Shown in pieces: positions 38,109 through 51,584 of a stretch of DNA of 64,000 bases; position 1 is the stretch's first letter; each line of letters begins with the position of its first letter. This DNA comes from Callorhinchus milii (lineage: Eukaryota), in assembly GCF_018977255.1 (NCBI RefSeq), contig NW_024704742.1, positions 44,208,001 through 44,272,000 of the forward strand, in the 5' to 3' direction. The position numbers and the translations under genes were made by a program. Below the pieces are notes generated by a model. The model saw nothing but the letters and a program-made list of their open reading frames with translations. It made no database searches and had not been told where the DNA came from.

Positions 38109-38560
38109 ACAACAACAACAAGTTGCATTTATAGAGCGCCGTTCATGTCGGGAGGACATCCCAAGGTGCTGGACAGTTGGGTTGGGACCCGAGCAGGGGG
38201 GAAATGGTCAGGGTGAGGGGAGGGAGGGAGTGCGGAGGGGGTAGAGAGTCGAAAGGGGAGCTGAAGGCACAGTTGAAGAGAAAGGTCTTGAGACCGGCCT
38301 TGAAGGAGGAAAGGGAGGAGGCGGCGAAGCACTGGGGGATAGAGTTCCAGAGCCTAGGGGCTGAGAGGCTGAAGGCCTGGCCACCGATGGTAGGGCGGTT
38401 GGGGCGGGGAATGTGGAGCAGACCGGAGCCAGAGGAACGGAGGGTACGGGCAGGTAAGTAGGGGGATAGTAGGTCGGAGAGGTAGGAGGGAGCAAGGCCG
38501 TGAATGGCCTTGTAAGGTGAGGATGAGGATCTTGAATTCGAAGATGAGGATGAGGATCTT
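38109..38560 (-). mobile_element. Young L2 3' end (~450 bp)
   Basis: Reverse reads YKAIHGLAPSYLSDLLSPYLPARTLRSSGSGLLHIPR...LKTFLF, with a (CAA)n tail. Highly similar to 24224-24642. Confidence 0.92.
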
Positions 38561-39654
38561 ATTACAGTGAAATTAAAGTAAAATATTGGATTTTTAACTT
38601 TTTTTTGAAAGGAATTTCCCCTCTTTGTATAGTACATATACTAGAATTTTGTCCAGTCCGACAGAGGGTAATATTGAGCAGATCTGACTGGAAGACTGAA
38701 AGGGAACTGGATGGCTCTTTTTAAAGTTGAAAATAATTTTAGTTGAAGAATGATAGACATGTGGAACAACTACAATTACTAGAACAAGGACCTAAAGAGA
38801 GTTTCATATCAGCAACTTTCTTGAAAATTAAATTAGGATTATTCAAACAAACTACCATTGTTAATGCATACACTAGGAAAAAATAGGTTACATTGTCTAT
38901 GCACGGAGAATACATGCACATACAGATACGATTCTGAGTACAAATTTTACTTCTGCAATTTTAGCTGTTTTGCAGTTGAGTGCACATTTTGGTTATATAG
39001 CTTGCAGGAATGAGATATTTGCCTGTACATCTAGGGTTTTTTGTTATTTCAAAAACCCTAGAGCATGGCCCCTTCACCTGACTGCTGTATTCATTTGAAT
39101 ACAAGACTTCTGGCTTTTATTTTAAAATTAATTTAGAAATAATTTGAAAGATGGACTGAATATTGAACATATTCTTGCTACAAAATATTACTCAAACATT
39201 AAATCTGACACTTTCTTTTATTTTCATATACATATCTTTATAGATGAAAGTTTATTTTGTATTTCAATTTTGGAAAGTAACATTAAATATAACAAAAATT
39301 TAGATTGTTCTATTTGGAATGGTTGAAAAGCAGTGGAAATTATCCCTGGCTTAATAGGTACAAAAGTGGTGATGTGGCCCTAGTACGTCTAAATTCCTTT
39401 GACATGCATGTTTATGCCTAGTGTGATCTGAAGTTTTAAACTGTCTCTCACTGTGGGGGAAATATGCAGAGGGTGTTGGTGGTGTAGGTGATGGATACTA
39501 TTTGTTAACAACAAATCAATGAGTTGTGAAGCCTTGGGAAACTAAGCTGAAGAGATGAAATATTTTAGACTTAAATTTTATTTAAATGTGAAAAAGAATT
39601 ACTTCCGAGGTTCATTTGCTTTCACTTGTCACTCTAGTAAAAACATTTTTTTGC

Positions 39655-39759
39655 CAGGGTGACCAAAAAGTTGTGAGACCATTACAATGTCTATTAAGTC
39701 TTAAAATAATGATGATATACTTTTTAGATAATAGTTATCATGACTTTTTGGTCACCCTG
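39655..39759. mobile_element. Tc1/mariner-type MITE (105 bp)
   Basis: Perfect 17-bp TIR CAGGGTGACCAAAAAGT / ACTTTTTGGTCACCCTG, extending imperfectly. TA on the right flank only. Confidence 0.75.
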
Positions 39760-41361
39760 TAGTATATTGGTTCCTGTGAGACTCCATATATGTGGTTCTA
39801 TATTGGGAGATTTGCTAAATTGTGAAGTTCAAGAAGTCAACTCCAATATTAATGTAGTAACATGAGCTACAATCATAAATATATATTGTGGGGATTTTGC
39901 TTCTTAGTCTTCAGCAGCACCACATGTAGATGTACACAGCTGTTGGATGGCCATTTTGCACTATGGTTTTTGTCGTCATTTGGCATGAGAAAGGATGGCG
40001 AAATGATTCATTCTGGGCCATGACTGGTGACAACGTGAAGGAGGAGGTTTCAGCTGTGCACTGATTCGGACTGCGTAGAGTGTGTGAATCGATTTGGTGT
40101 TTGAGCTTCCCAGAAATGGTCTCTTAATGATCCTTGGGCGAGTGGCAATGGGTGCGTATCAATCAAATAGCTGGATACCTGGAAGCAATAACATCTTGCT
40201 TCAAGCAGAACCAACTAAGTATTACAGTCTGGCTCCTTCTAGTTCAAGCAGTGTTCTCACACTATAATGTAATGTATAATGTAAGTCACTACACCTGCAT
40301 GCTCAGCTCATCATTTCTATCGTCCAATCTGTGACACTCTTCTTCAAGATCCTCTGAGACTTGGAGTTGTTTTGTGGCTGCTGCTATTTTGAGGGCAGTG
40401 TTCCCAACTAGTCTAGGATCTGGCACTGTAGGAAAATTCCAGGAACTTGATCCTTGAAATGAGACACCTAAGAATTTGGAGAGGATTACTGTGTCCAGCC
40501 AAATCTAATTGATCACCCGTTTTATGTATGGAGAGCACTGTCAGGTGGGTTGGAAAATAAGTCTTGCACCACTATGATAAGTAACTGACAGACCATTGAA
40601 ATTAACCTATTTAATTTTGAGTATATTTAAACTATCAAAGTCTTGCAATTTAATGCTGATCATTTAAAACTCCCTTGGTTGCAAAAGTTGAACAAAAGTG
40701 TTAAGGTACAGGGAATTAAATGCCTGTCAAAAAGCTAGAGCATTGTTGTTTTAGTTTGAAGAAAATTCTAATTATGTTGGTATTGATTTTGAATTCCTGG
40801 GTGGGGGTGAAGGGTATTCTTCGATTACTGGTAAATATACCAACCTTGGCAAGTGCGTGTATCTAACTTTGTGCTACATTCACTGACCTTAGTGGTGTGG
40901 GGTTGGAATGTGTGAGATTTTCCTATTATAAACTTGCATTGAAGATGAGCATGTTTACCGACGAGAGAAGAATTGGTCCTTGGTTTCCATGTCCACAGAA
41001 ACGCGAATGATATGACCTTAGCTCTGAAGGCAGTCTTGACATTTTGAGAGGGAGAGAGAAAGACTTGAGTTCTTCTAGGTACTACTGTGTATTGCTGACA
41101 TGTTTGCTTATGTTAATTTGAAGAAATAGCTGCATTAACTGATTTATGTATTTGACAATATTTACAAAAAGTACTCCTTGGAAAAGCTCTTGTTTTCCTA
41201 GTGCCTTGTCATTCATAAAACTCAGACTTTGGCTGCATCTCCTTCAGGGAAATCCATGTAACCTCACCAGATCTTGTCTCTAGCTCGAGATTGCACAGGG
41301 GCAGTCTCACAGATCAGTGTGACGTACATGGGAAAACCTGCTGGAAATATCGAGAGAGAAA

Positions 41362-41762
41362 TTTGTGGGTTCAAGTCCCAAGTCCAGGGTTTGACCTAAC
41401 GTAGTCTAGAGTAGATGCTCCATATATGCTATGGGTGCGCTCCATTGCTAGAGGTGTCGTCCTTTGCCTGAGATGTTAAAACAAGGTCTCGTCAGCTTAT
41501 TCAGGTGGATGTTTAAGATCCTGTGGCACTACTCGAAAAGAGAAGTAATTTTTTCTGGTGCCATGACCAACAGCCCCCTAGATAAAATTGGTCATTCACT
41601 TCATGGGTGTTCGTCCACAAATATACGGTCAATTCACTTTACAGTCTATTCTGTGAAGCGCTTTGAGATGTAGAGAAGACGTGAAAAGCGCAATATCAAA
41701 TGCAAGGATTATTATTATTATTGTGGGACATTGCTGTTTGCAAATTGGCTGCTGCGTTCGCG
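41362..41762 (+). mobile_element. Deu-domain SINE with a nested SINE 3' fragment (~41610-41721)
   Basis: The Deu core is split at CATGGGTGT|...|TGTGGGACATTGCTG by a tail-bearing fragment. Confidence 0.7.
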
Positions 41763-42289
41763 GCTCTTTATCAAATGTATTAATATTTGCACCATGGGGC
41801 ATTTTTCCTGAGGGACTATGGTAGTAACACTACTGCTTTCCTTTGGAGGATTTTTTATCAACGCATTAATTGATGGTAAAAGAAAAGATGAAAAACTATC
41901 ATTTGTATTGATTCTTTCCTTAATACAAGCATTAAGAGGGCAAGGACATGACGTTAATTTCCATACTTGGCAGAAACCTCTGCTTAGAATCGCAATGTTA
42001 CAAGATACGCAATGTTACGAGGCAGTACACACTCCAGTAAAGTTTCCTGTTGGCTGTTGCTGGTATAGGCTAGCTCTTGTACTGGTTTGCATGTAGAAGC
42101 GTATATGCTACCTTTTCTAAGTGTGCCTCCTATGTTCCACACTGTCTGCATATACATATGAACGTTGCCTTGTGCTGGAGGATGATAATTCCTGACAATT
42201 ACAAAAAATACTCAGGCTGTACATCCCATCACAGCGTACTGATAGTCTTCTAATTTATGTTAGGAAATTGAGCTCTTGGGTATATTTAG

Positions 42290-42655
42290 TCATTCTCTCC
42301 CCACTCTTAGGTGCTGACTCTTCACTGGCATATATTTCCATGGGCATCAGCAATCCTGTAGCCTCCCAAAAAGTAGCTATTCTTCATTTGTTTGCCTAGA
42401 GTGTGATACACTCTGGGTAGCATCACAGTTGAGCTCAATGCTGTTCGGATCCTATGAAAACAATCATAGATAAATGCTTTATGAGAGGAGTCTCTGGATA
42501 TTGATCAGAACTAGGCACCCTCTTAGTTTGCTTTCTGCTTTGCCTATGAGATGCTGAGGCTGATATTGGCCATCCAGTAATCCTGATGCTGCAGCTAACT
42601 CAACATACCATGGCCGTCTAATTTACAATCTTCCGGTCTATGGGTTATTCGCTTG
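42290..42655 (-). mobile_element. Ancient tRNA-SINE, AmnSINE2-like
   Basis: GGTGCTGACTC...GTAGCTATTCTTCAT...GCATCACAGTTGAGC...CTGGATATTGATCAG...CAGCTAACTCA. Confidence 0.5.
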
Positions 42656-45401
42656 ACAGTTGGGTTTCCTGTTTAGATCCTCTAAGTGTAAAATCGGAAT
42701 TACTTTTTTGGTTTCAGAGTGAACCAGTCACATTTCCAGTTCACCTGTTCTACTAAAGATTTGTCAATTTTACATCAGTTTCACACAAACTCACAATCAA
42801 CCAAATTATGATCCTAAGTTTCAAAGCTCTATTGCTTTTAATGCATAATGTATTACATACAGTGTTGTAGGGTGTTTTGACAACACCTGTATCTTGAAGG
42901 AGGGAACAGGATTTGAAGTTTGGACATATGATATTCTGCTCGCATGTGATCTAACAATTTCACTTTCACTGAAGTATGTACTATAGGTCTACTTCTGCAT
43001 TCGGCTACTTCTCTTTACGCAGTTGGTTCTTTGAACAAATGAATATCCGATGCCTGGAACCTACTGGCACTTTGCAGAAGTGCTGGCAGTGAGTATCAAT
43101 CTGCTCTCTGGAATCTCTTCTGAGATCAAGTGACAGAATCCTTGTTTTCCAAGTACCGTGCAGCCCTGTTGTAACCTAGTGTGCGGGATTCATAAAATAC
43201 CTCCTCACATTACACAGTAACACTCGAGAGCAGCAAAGCAGGAAGTTACGCCATTGGCAACCTAATGATCTGGAAGTTGACTATTTTAGCAAGAAAAGCC
43301 AGCTGGTGTACAAGAGAAGTGGGTTAGCTGGTTGCAGCATGAACAAATAATGGGGTCTAAATAGTGTGACTGTTTTGTGTGTTACAATGGGACTGCACTT
43401 TATGTGTTCGATCCAAGTGTTGTTTGCACACAATATTTTCTAATTGTGAGATGTATTTGGGCTTTGGTGCTGGTTTACACTAGTTCTGGAGATGTTCAAG
43501 CTTCCATTTTTTGTAACGGAAATATTCAAGCTTTACAAAGAAACATATCTTTCAATATGTTCTTTTTAATTAATTATCAGAATGTTTCCCTTTCAAACTT
43601 CATTACCGCCGGAATCTGGAGTTAAATCCAGCTCAAATTAATGGAATTTTCACCATCAGTAAAAGTTTAAACTAAAAGAAGTTGGGTACAGTTTCAATCT
43701 ACTTTTGAGTTGAAATGAGTTCACAAGACAAATTTGAGTATAACGCACTAATGGCACTAAAGTGCTATTAGTTAAGACCACAAAATAGCTGTGTATGTTA
43801 AAAAATGAAAAATTATGTTTTTTGAAGGTCCAGTTGATGTACTATTGAATAGTTTTACAGGGAGTTTTATTCTACATCTATTCTATGTTATGTCATGTGT
43901 CTGAATAGTTGATTCTGTTCCAAGGGTGAAAAAAGTTTTTTTTTAAAAAACGTGTTCCATTTGTTAACATTGACTTCCCTCATTTTGCAATGTAAAATAC
44001 CCTCCACTGCCCCACATCCCCGAGGGGAAAAACATACCAAGTACAAGACGTAGGTACTTCCTAGAAATACTGTATGTATTTATTCAATTGATGAAAGTGA
44101 TTTTTATCTGACGAGATGCTTTGCGTCACAGCCCATTGAGTTGCAAGGCATGAGGACTGAAGGTGTTTTTTTTTTTGCTGTGATAGTTTGTTTTGTCATA
44201 CTCCATTTCTCTTTTAAGAAAAGTTGCAAAACTTGTGTATCAATACACATTCAATTTTCTAAACGTACTTGGTGGATTTGCAGTAATATCGTAAATCACA
44301 TGTATCCTTACTGAAATACAAAAGTACTTTTCTTTAAAAGTAGTTAGTTACCTCAAGCAGTTTCTTCTTTTGACCTTCATGAAGAAAATATGTCATTACA
44401 AAAAGGATGCAAATTGCATTCAGGAATATTTTATGGTGAATGCGGTTTGAAGTTCGAAGTCTACTTGATAGATGCACGCCCTTGAAATTCATCAGAAGAT
44501 GTTGTGTAATATATTCAAATAGCTTCGATGCTAGAGTTTATCTCTTATCCCATTGATGACCTATAGAATGCAGAGGCCTTTTACCATCATAATGGTGCAC
44601 ATAAATTTGGTAGAAGAACTAAAATATGCTGCTTTATCCACTTAGTATATTTTTATATAATATTGTATTTTTTCCATGTTTGTCACTGTGCCAAGCATAT
44701 AAGCGCAGATGCAATATGTATCATTTTGTAGGATAATAGATTGTATCTGAAAGCTAGCTTTGATGCTCGTCCCATGGAATATTTATTACAAACACTTGTT
44801 AAGACAGTTTTTCCCAAGAAATGATTTAACATACATTTAGTTAGAGCACGTAGCCTCTCAAATTATTTATCCATCAGCATTTGCATTTAATAAACAAGCG
44901 CACCTTGGGAAGAAGATCAGCTTGGATTACTCTATAAAGTATTCAATGTATTTGGGCCCCTGCTAGTATGTTTGCATTAAGAAGCTTGTGCTTTATTGGT
45001 ATGGGCAGCTTCAACACGCTTGTTGATTATGTGATAACGTTCAGACTATTTTATGGTGGTGCTGCATTAGTTATGGGAGTTTCAACTTGGTTGACACTGC
45101 AATTCCTTCTTTCTTTCCCGTCTTAAATGCCCAGGATGCATTCAGTAATGAATCTGGATCGAATTTGTTTGTTAAGACGATGACAATGCTGATTCCTTGT
45201 TTGTTTTATTTTGTTTTGTTTAATGGACAGCAAAGGGTTGTCGGATCTGTAAGTGTGGCACATAAGACTGCAGACCTATGTGACCATTTTGTTTCAGACT
45301 TCCTTGTTGTGCAGGCTGAATTCAAAGTGAACTCTGTTTTATTTTAAAGTTGGTCAAGTGCAGAAGTGATATCTTGCAGCCAAATAACTCAAATCCTCAC
45401 T

Positions 45402-45688
45402 ACAACACAACAATTTACACTCGTATAGCGCCCTTCACGTCGGAAAGACGTCCCAGAGCACTGGATGGACAATCAGGGATTTTTGGACCCGAGTTGGGTT
45501 CAGGAGGGGTGGAGGCCAGGGGGAGGCTGAAGGCATGGTCAAAAAAGGAAATTCTTTAGACGGGGCTTGGGAGGCAAGAGAGGCGGTGAGGCAAGGGGAT
45601 TGCGTGATAAAGTTCCAGAGTGTGGGGGCAGAGATGCTGAATGCCCGACCACCAACGGTGGGGCGGGAAGTACGTCGGACGAGAAGCA
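45402..45688 (-). mobile_element. L2 3' end
   Basis: Reverse reads PTVGGRAFSISAPTLWN; tail CCTTCACGTCGGAAAGACGTCCCA. Confidence 0.8.
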
Positions 45689-46611
45689 ACCACTAATTGG
45701 GTTACTGCAAATCAACTGCATGCAAATGGCAGTTCAAGGACGCACATAATCTCACTGGAGCCAAGATCTTATGATTTTCTGTCATGTAAATAATTGGGCT
45801 CTGCAAAAGTTTCGGTTTATGTCACAGGATGACATTTCCGGCAAGAAATAACAATACCATTTTCCTGAGGAACTCATTCTCATCCCCATATTATCTTTCT
45901 AAATTGCAGATCCAACATCCTTTAGTCAATTGCTAGAAGAACTACTCAACCGATAATAAAGATATAATGTCCATTTATGGTTTTATTGCAAGATAATGAC
46001 CTTTTGTCAGCTTCTGCTATTGCTTTCTAGTATGTAGGTCATAACAAGCACCTAGTAATGAATGATGAATTCAGGGAACAATTTGTAAAATAGATTTAAT
46101 AGAGGGAGGTTTGTAGAAATTAAAATATTAAGAGTGCAGAATTAACACCCGAAGTGACTCGCTATACAAATGTGCTACAGTCTGTTGTTATCAGTGATTA
46201 TATAGTCAGCAGCAGACTCAGTGCACTGGAGTACTGAAGTAATAAATTAATATTACCCAAGTCAACGGGTATGTTTACGATATTAATGTCACCAAACCCA
46301 AAGACAAATTCTTGCTTTAATAATGTATCTATAGTTGACGTTCTGTGGTTTGTAGTTTTATCAATCTTGGCAACGTACATTTAATAGGATTTTCCCAGCT
46401 TCATTCCTGCACAGTCTGTAATCCACTGTGACCTGCTGCAGTAGGAATTTCTTTCAACTGCCTCTAGTAATATTGCTGCCCATTTCCAGGCTCTCTAGAA
46501 AAGTAATTTTGAAAGAAAATACCATCTATATTGGTGAACCAAATTGTTGAAGTGCAAATGTTGCATTTTCTTAAAGTACAATACAAAGCCCCAAGAGATC
46601 TTTAATCTAAA

Positions 46612-46966
46612 CAGGTCAACCTCAAAGACATCACCCTTGCATATAAATCCCTCCACACTCCAGCAATTCTCAATCTCCTCTTAACCCACTCTTATGCCTG
46701 CCTCTACCCTCAGCTGACACTGGGCTGACACTGGCCTGCTGTGTGTCTCCTGCCCATTCCTTGCTACTATTGGTGGCCGAACTTTCAGTCATAACATCCC
46801 CAACATCTGGAACTCTTTGACTCTATCCCTCTGCCTTGCCCCTTTTCTATCTTCATATCCCAGATTAAAACCTACCTGTTGGCCTGCAACTATGGTTACC
46901 TTTCCCCTCCACTTCTTTTGAGCTGTGTCCAATCCCGTCATTGTGAAGTGCTCTGAGACATTATCT
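46612..46966 (+). mobile_element. Old L2 3' end, tail interrupted by a SINE
   Basis: TATTGGTGGCCGAACTTTCAG...ATCTGGAACTCT...TTAAAACCTACCTGTT. Confidence 0.65.
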
Positions 46967-47282
46967 TAATAATAATAATCCTTGCATTTAATATAGCGCT
47001 TTTCACATCTTCTAGACGTCTCAAAGCGCTTCACAGAGTATGCTGTAAAGTGAATTGACTGTATATTGGTGGGCGAAATGCGGCAGTCAATTGCACACAG
47101 CTGTGTTCCACAAGCAATTGTGGATTGAAAATGACCAATTTATTATTATTTTGTTTTTTGGAGGGATTATTATAAGGCGTGTGGAGTGAGGAAACTTGCC
47201 CATGGTTTCGCCCTGCCTGGAATTGAACCTAGGTGTCTCGCTTGCAAGGCGAGTGCTCTAACCACTGAGCTGCAGGATTCCA
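46967..47282 (-). mobile_element. tRNA-Ala SINE with short body and older tail variant
   Basis: Short-body structure with tail GAGACGTCTAGAAGATGTGAAAAGCGC. Confidence 0.9.
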
Positions 47283-49199
47283 CATAAGGAATGAACTGGC
47301 AACTAGAAATAATACATCAATAAAGGGACCAGGGTAAAAGTCCAATAGGATCTTTACTGAGCATCCCGACACATTGTCATCCGGGAAATGGTTGATTTCA
47401 TGAAGTGCACTTGCCTAGAATTGAATCTCTATGAGAATATGTGAGAATGGTCAAATACTTCTCTCCAGCCCCTCCAGCAGGTGTCGGGAGCTCTTTTTCA
47501 TCACTTGTGCAGAATCCTGTACCCTTCCTTTCATGTATCTTACATGAAAGGTGCAATATAAATGCAACTTGTTGTTGTTGCTATCCCAGAAGTGCATGGT
47601 TAGTGCTAATTTCTACAGGTGACTTCTGCCTGAATGAGTCCCAGCACACAAGATGGACTTTCACTGCACATTGCACAGCTAGAATTATATAGAATATTAC
47701 AACATGAAAACAGGCCAAGTCTAACTATTTTGTGCCAGTGTTGATACTCCACAGGAGCCTCCTAATCTCTCCCATATTCATTCTTTCTTATTTCATGCAT
47801 CAAGTTTCTTCTTAAGTATGTTTCACTTACAAAATATATAGTCAATTCACTTTACAGTATATTCTGTGAAGCGCTTTGAGACGTCTCAACAAAGTGATAA
47901 GGCGCTATAACAAATGCAAGAATTATTATCAAGTTTGTTAATGTCCACCTAAACACATTGAAGAGGGTCCAGTAAGTAGTGGAGGAGGAAAGGAGGGAAG
48001 AGGAGATGAGAAAAGCTTAGGGACGGACACATTGTCTTCTCCTCCACAATCTGAACCAGTAAAACAATATCAAGTTGCACTATTTGTCAGGATTGTTTTA
48101 ATAATTTAAGATCAATGTCAAATGTTTTGAAAATTCTTTCAATTTAGCCTTAATTTGCTGACAGCAACCATGAATATTTTCACCAACTTGAGATTCTCAG
48201 CATCAAAATGTACCCACTGGCTGGCTATCTCTGTCTCCTTGCAGGAAATGCCTGGCACAAATCAGCTTGTTATCAATACTTGGCCTTTCTAAATTGTTTT
48301 GCTTATCAAGTATTTTAGTATTTAACTTCATTCTCATTAATCTAATTTGTAGACCTTGAGCCTTGAGCTGTTCCCTGCAAACTGTGGTATTGATGAACAG
48401 TTTTGTGAAAGTTTTTGCTGCAGTATTTGTATGTAGCATAGCCACCGAGGCTGCTACAGAACAGTTCCAGGTGAGCTAACACGACTGAGCTGTGAGTGCT
48501 GGAACAGTGGGTGCTGGAACAGAGGCTCACATGCAGCATGTAACCACACATACCTACTCAATTTGTAAGTAAATACAACAAATACTTGCACTTTCCATTT
48601 TGTCAACCCAGAGTTGCTCAATACCCACATGTCCACCCTCAAAATACACAAAGTTGCACCACTCTACAGTACATCCTGTGCAGTACTTCAGATGTCTCGA
48701 TGATATATTGAAGTGCTACATCAAGTGCAAGGATTATTATATGTTGTAAGACAGCTATGTAGCCTATAGCAATGGAAACTACTGTAATATCATCTCAGCC
48801 TATAGCAACAGCATGTTTTAGTAATGTTAAACAAACTGAGCCTTGTGCAATGCAATCAAACTGAGCCTTGACTGAAGCAGTATCAGACCCAAAGAGAAAT
48901 GCAGTCTAATTTGTGATCTTTGTAAATGGGATGGAACATACTAATGTCAACTTCTATTCGTGATTTGTGTATGCCATTTAATGTGCAGTATTTAAAAACC
49001 TGCTAATTGACTTTCTGAAACTCACTGAAATGTGAATAAATGCCAGAGGTTTGATGGAGGGCCTATTCATACTGTGCACAAATCATATTCATTTACATCA
49101 AATATGTGTCTTGAATAGAGGCAGGTGAAATTAAACCCATTGTCTTTTATTTTTGTTACTCTTATATAGAACTTGCAATAGCTGTACCTGTCTTCACAT

Positions 49200-49412
49200 A
49201 ATAATAAACAATAATAATCCTTCAAAAAAATAATAAAATTAGGCACTTCGATCCACGACTGTTTGTGGGACACTGCTGTGCGCAATTGGCTGCCGCATTT
49301 CGCCCACAAATATACAGTCAATTCACTTTACAATTTATTCTGTGAAGTGCTTTGAGACATCTTGAAGGTGTGAAAAAGCACTATATCACATGCAAGGATT
49401 ATTATTATTATT
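49200..49412 (+). mobile_element. 5'-truncated SINE of the same superfamily
   Basis: Body and (ATT)n tail match. Confidence 0.8.
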
Positions 49413-50202
49413 GTCAGACAATATATACTAATTCAGAAATCCCCAAAGTTAAGAAAATGTTTACACTGGACAAATTTGTAGCTGATGAATCGTTTGGAGT
49501 CTTTAATATTTACTGACAACAAAAAAGCACACACATTTTCATGTTTTAAAAAAATCTCAAAGCACTTCAAAAAGAATAAACTATTTTAACAGGCAAATGC
49601 AGTAGCCGTTGTTCCAGGAAGTGAATGACTGACTGCCTTCAGAACATCTTATTTTTCAAGCTGACTCATCCTGTCTCACTGAAGTATTCAGTTTAATGAA
49701 AAAAAATGTTTTGAGGTGAAGACTGATCTCCTATTTACCTACTCGTCTTATGACTCCACTAGCAGAACAGTGATCGCTGGGTGCTTAAACTCTGCCTGAG
49801 TGCATAAAGAAAGTTTATTGGGAATAAGAAAGCAGCCACTGCATTGGGTATGATGTTCGTGTCCCATGGGAATTTTTAAAAGACACTTCCTAGAATTTAC
49901 ATTAGCAGATAAATACAGAGGGTTACTCAGAGTTCAGTATCATTTTATTTTTTGCTTGGTTTATGTCAGTGCTTATGTCAGACATTCAAATAGTTTCTTC
50001 AGGCAATTCGGTGCATGGGAAGTCCACTTGTTTTGCTCCTTTTCAAACTTGTTTACACAAGATTATTTGATGTTCTTGCTCAGTGTTAGGAATTTGCATC
50101 CCAATTACTTAATTGTTTGATTCTTAGAATATTATGAATTTGTTTGATTGCATGACATGCTTTTTTATGAGGGGAATTAAAAGAAACTAGTTGCACTGGC
50201 TT

Positions 50203-50568
50203 ATAATAATCATAATAATCCCTTCATTTGATATAGCGCTTTTCATGTCTTCTAGACATCTCAAAGACTTCACAGAATATACTGTGAAGTGAATTGACTA
50301 TATATTTGTGGGCAAAACACAGCAGCCAATTGCGCACAGGAGTGTTCCACAAACAGTCGTGGATTGAGTGACCAAATTATTATTCTTTTTTTGAAGGAAT
50401 ATTATCCCCAGAAAAGCAATTCGCCAATCGACTAATAACCGGGTTCCTACTGACTGCTAGATAAACAGAGGTGTGTGGAGTAAGCCCAACATTTCTCCCT
50501 ACTGGGAATCAAACCCAGGTCTCTCGCTTGCGAGGCAAGTGCTCTAACCACTGAGATACAGGACTCCA
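50203..50568 (-). mobile_element. Older, longer tRNA-Ala SINE subfamily, full length
   Basis: Head, ~63-nt extra segment, Deu 3' part and tail. Confidence 0.88.
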
Positions 50569-50679
50569 CTAATACCAGATTGTGCCAGCAAGCCTAAGGA
50601 AATTGTCTTTGCTTGCAGAGAATAAGTTCAAAAAGTTTCATTCAAAACTCTGCCGCCCACATACTGACCTGGACCAAAC

Positions 50680-51103
50680 TCCATACCCACATCTCACCAG
50701 TTCTGGCCAGGCTCCACTGGCTCCCCATCACCAAACGGATCGCATGACCTCACACGCATGTTCAAATCATTCACTCTCTGGCACCTCCCTACCCCTCCTC
50801 ACTCCCCACTCCACCACCAGGCACCCCTGCTTGCCTGGCACCAGCCTCCTGCTCGTCCCTCGTACTCTCTGCCCCACCATCGGACGTCACACTTTCAGCC
50901 ACATGCCCCAAAACTCTGGAAAATTCTTCTTCAATCCCTGCGCCCTGCCCCCTCTCTCCCCTCTTTCAAGTCCTGTTGATGACTTTCCTGTTCGATCGTG
51001 CTATGTCCACCCTCCCCCCGGCTCGGAGTCAGGCTCTGCCACTGTGGAGCGTTCTGAGGCACTACATTGCGTGGAAGGCCCTATATAAGTGCAAGTTGTT
51101 GTT
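50680..51103 (+). mobile_element. Old L2 3' end
   Basis: PVLARLHWLPI..RI motif, CTCTGGAA, and tail GGAAGGCCCTATATAAGTGCAAGTTGTTGTTGT. Confidence 0.75.
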
Positions 51104-51584
51104 GTACAAGTGAAGTCTAGCCTGAAACTTGGGAGCAGATGGGAAGTTAAAACGAGGCCCTGCGTGCCTGTTATTTTGGGGTATGTTACAGAATATTGTT
51201 CAAAACCCCCCCAATACCCCAATCCAAAAAGGAAGTGAATTTCTCCTTTGTCCTGGTCAACAATACTTCAGATAAATTGTCATTCACCTCAGGCTATGTG
51301 TGATCTTGCTGCATGCAAAATGGCTCCCATGGTTACTTACAAAACAATTACTACAAAGTTGGACATTTCAAAGAGATGAAATGTTATAAAAATGCAAGTT
51401 CTTTCTGAGGTACTTAAAAGAAAAACTAAGCAGGAATATATCTGGGTAATGCCTCCAATGAGATATGCCAGACAAATGCAAAAGTCGGTCTGCAGTAAAC
51501 CAAAGCATTTTGTTCATCAATTAAATTGGAGATGTAAGCTTCTCAACTTTGTGAGCCCAACTTATTTTTTATTGGGGTGGAGGG

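Noticed and set aside
48492..48870. Small direct repeats (15-nt tandem at 48492-48521; 14-nt pair at 48832-48870)
   Set aside because: Ordinary slippage-type micro-duplications.
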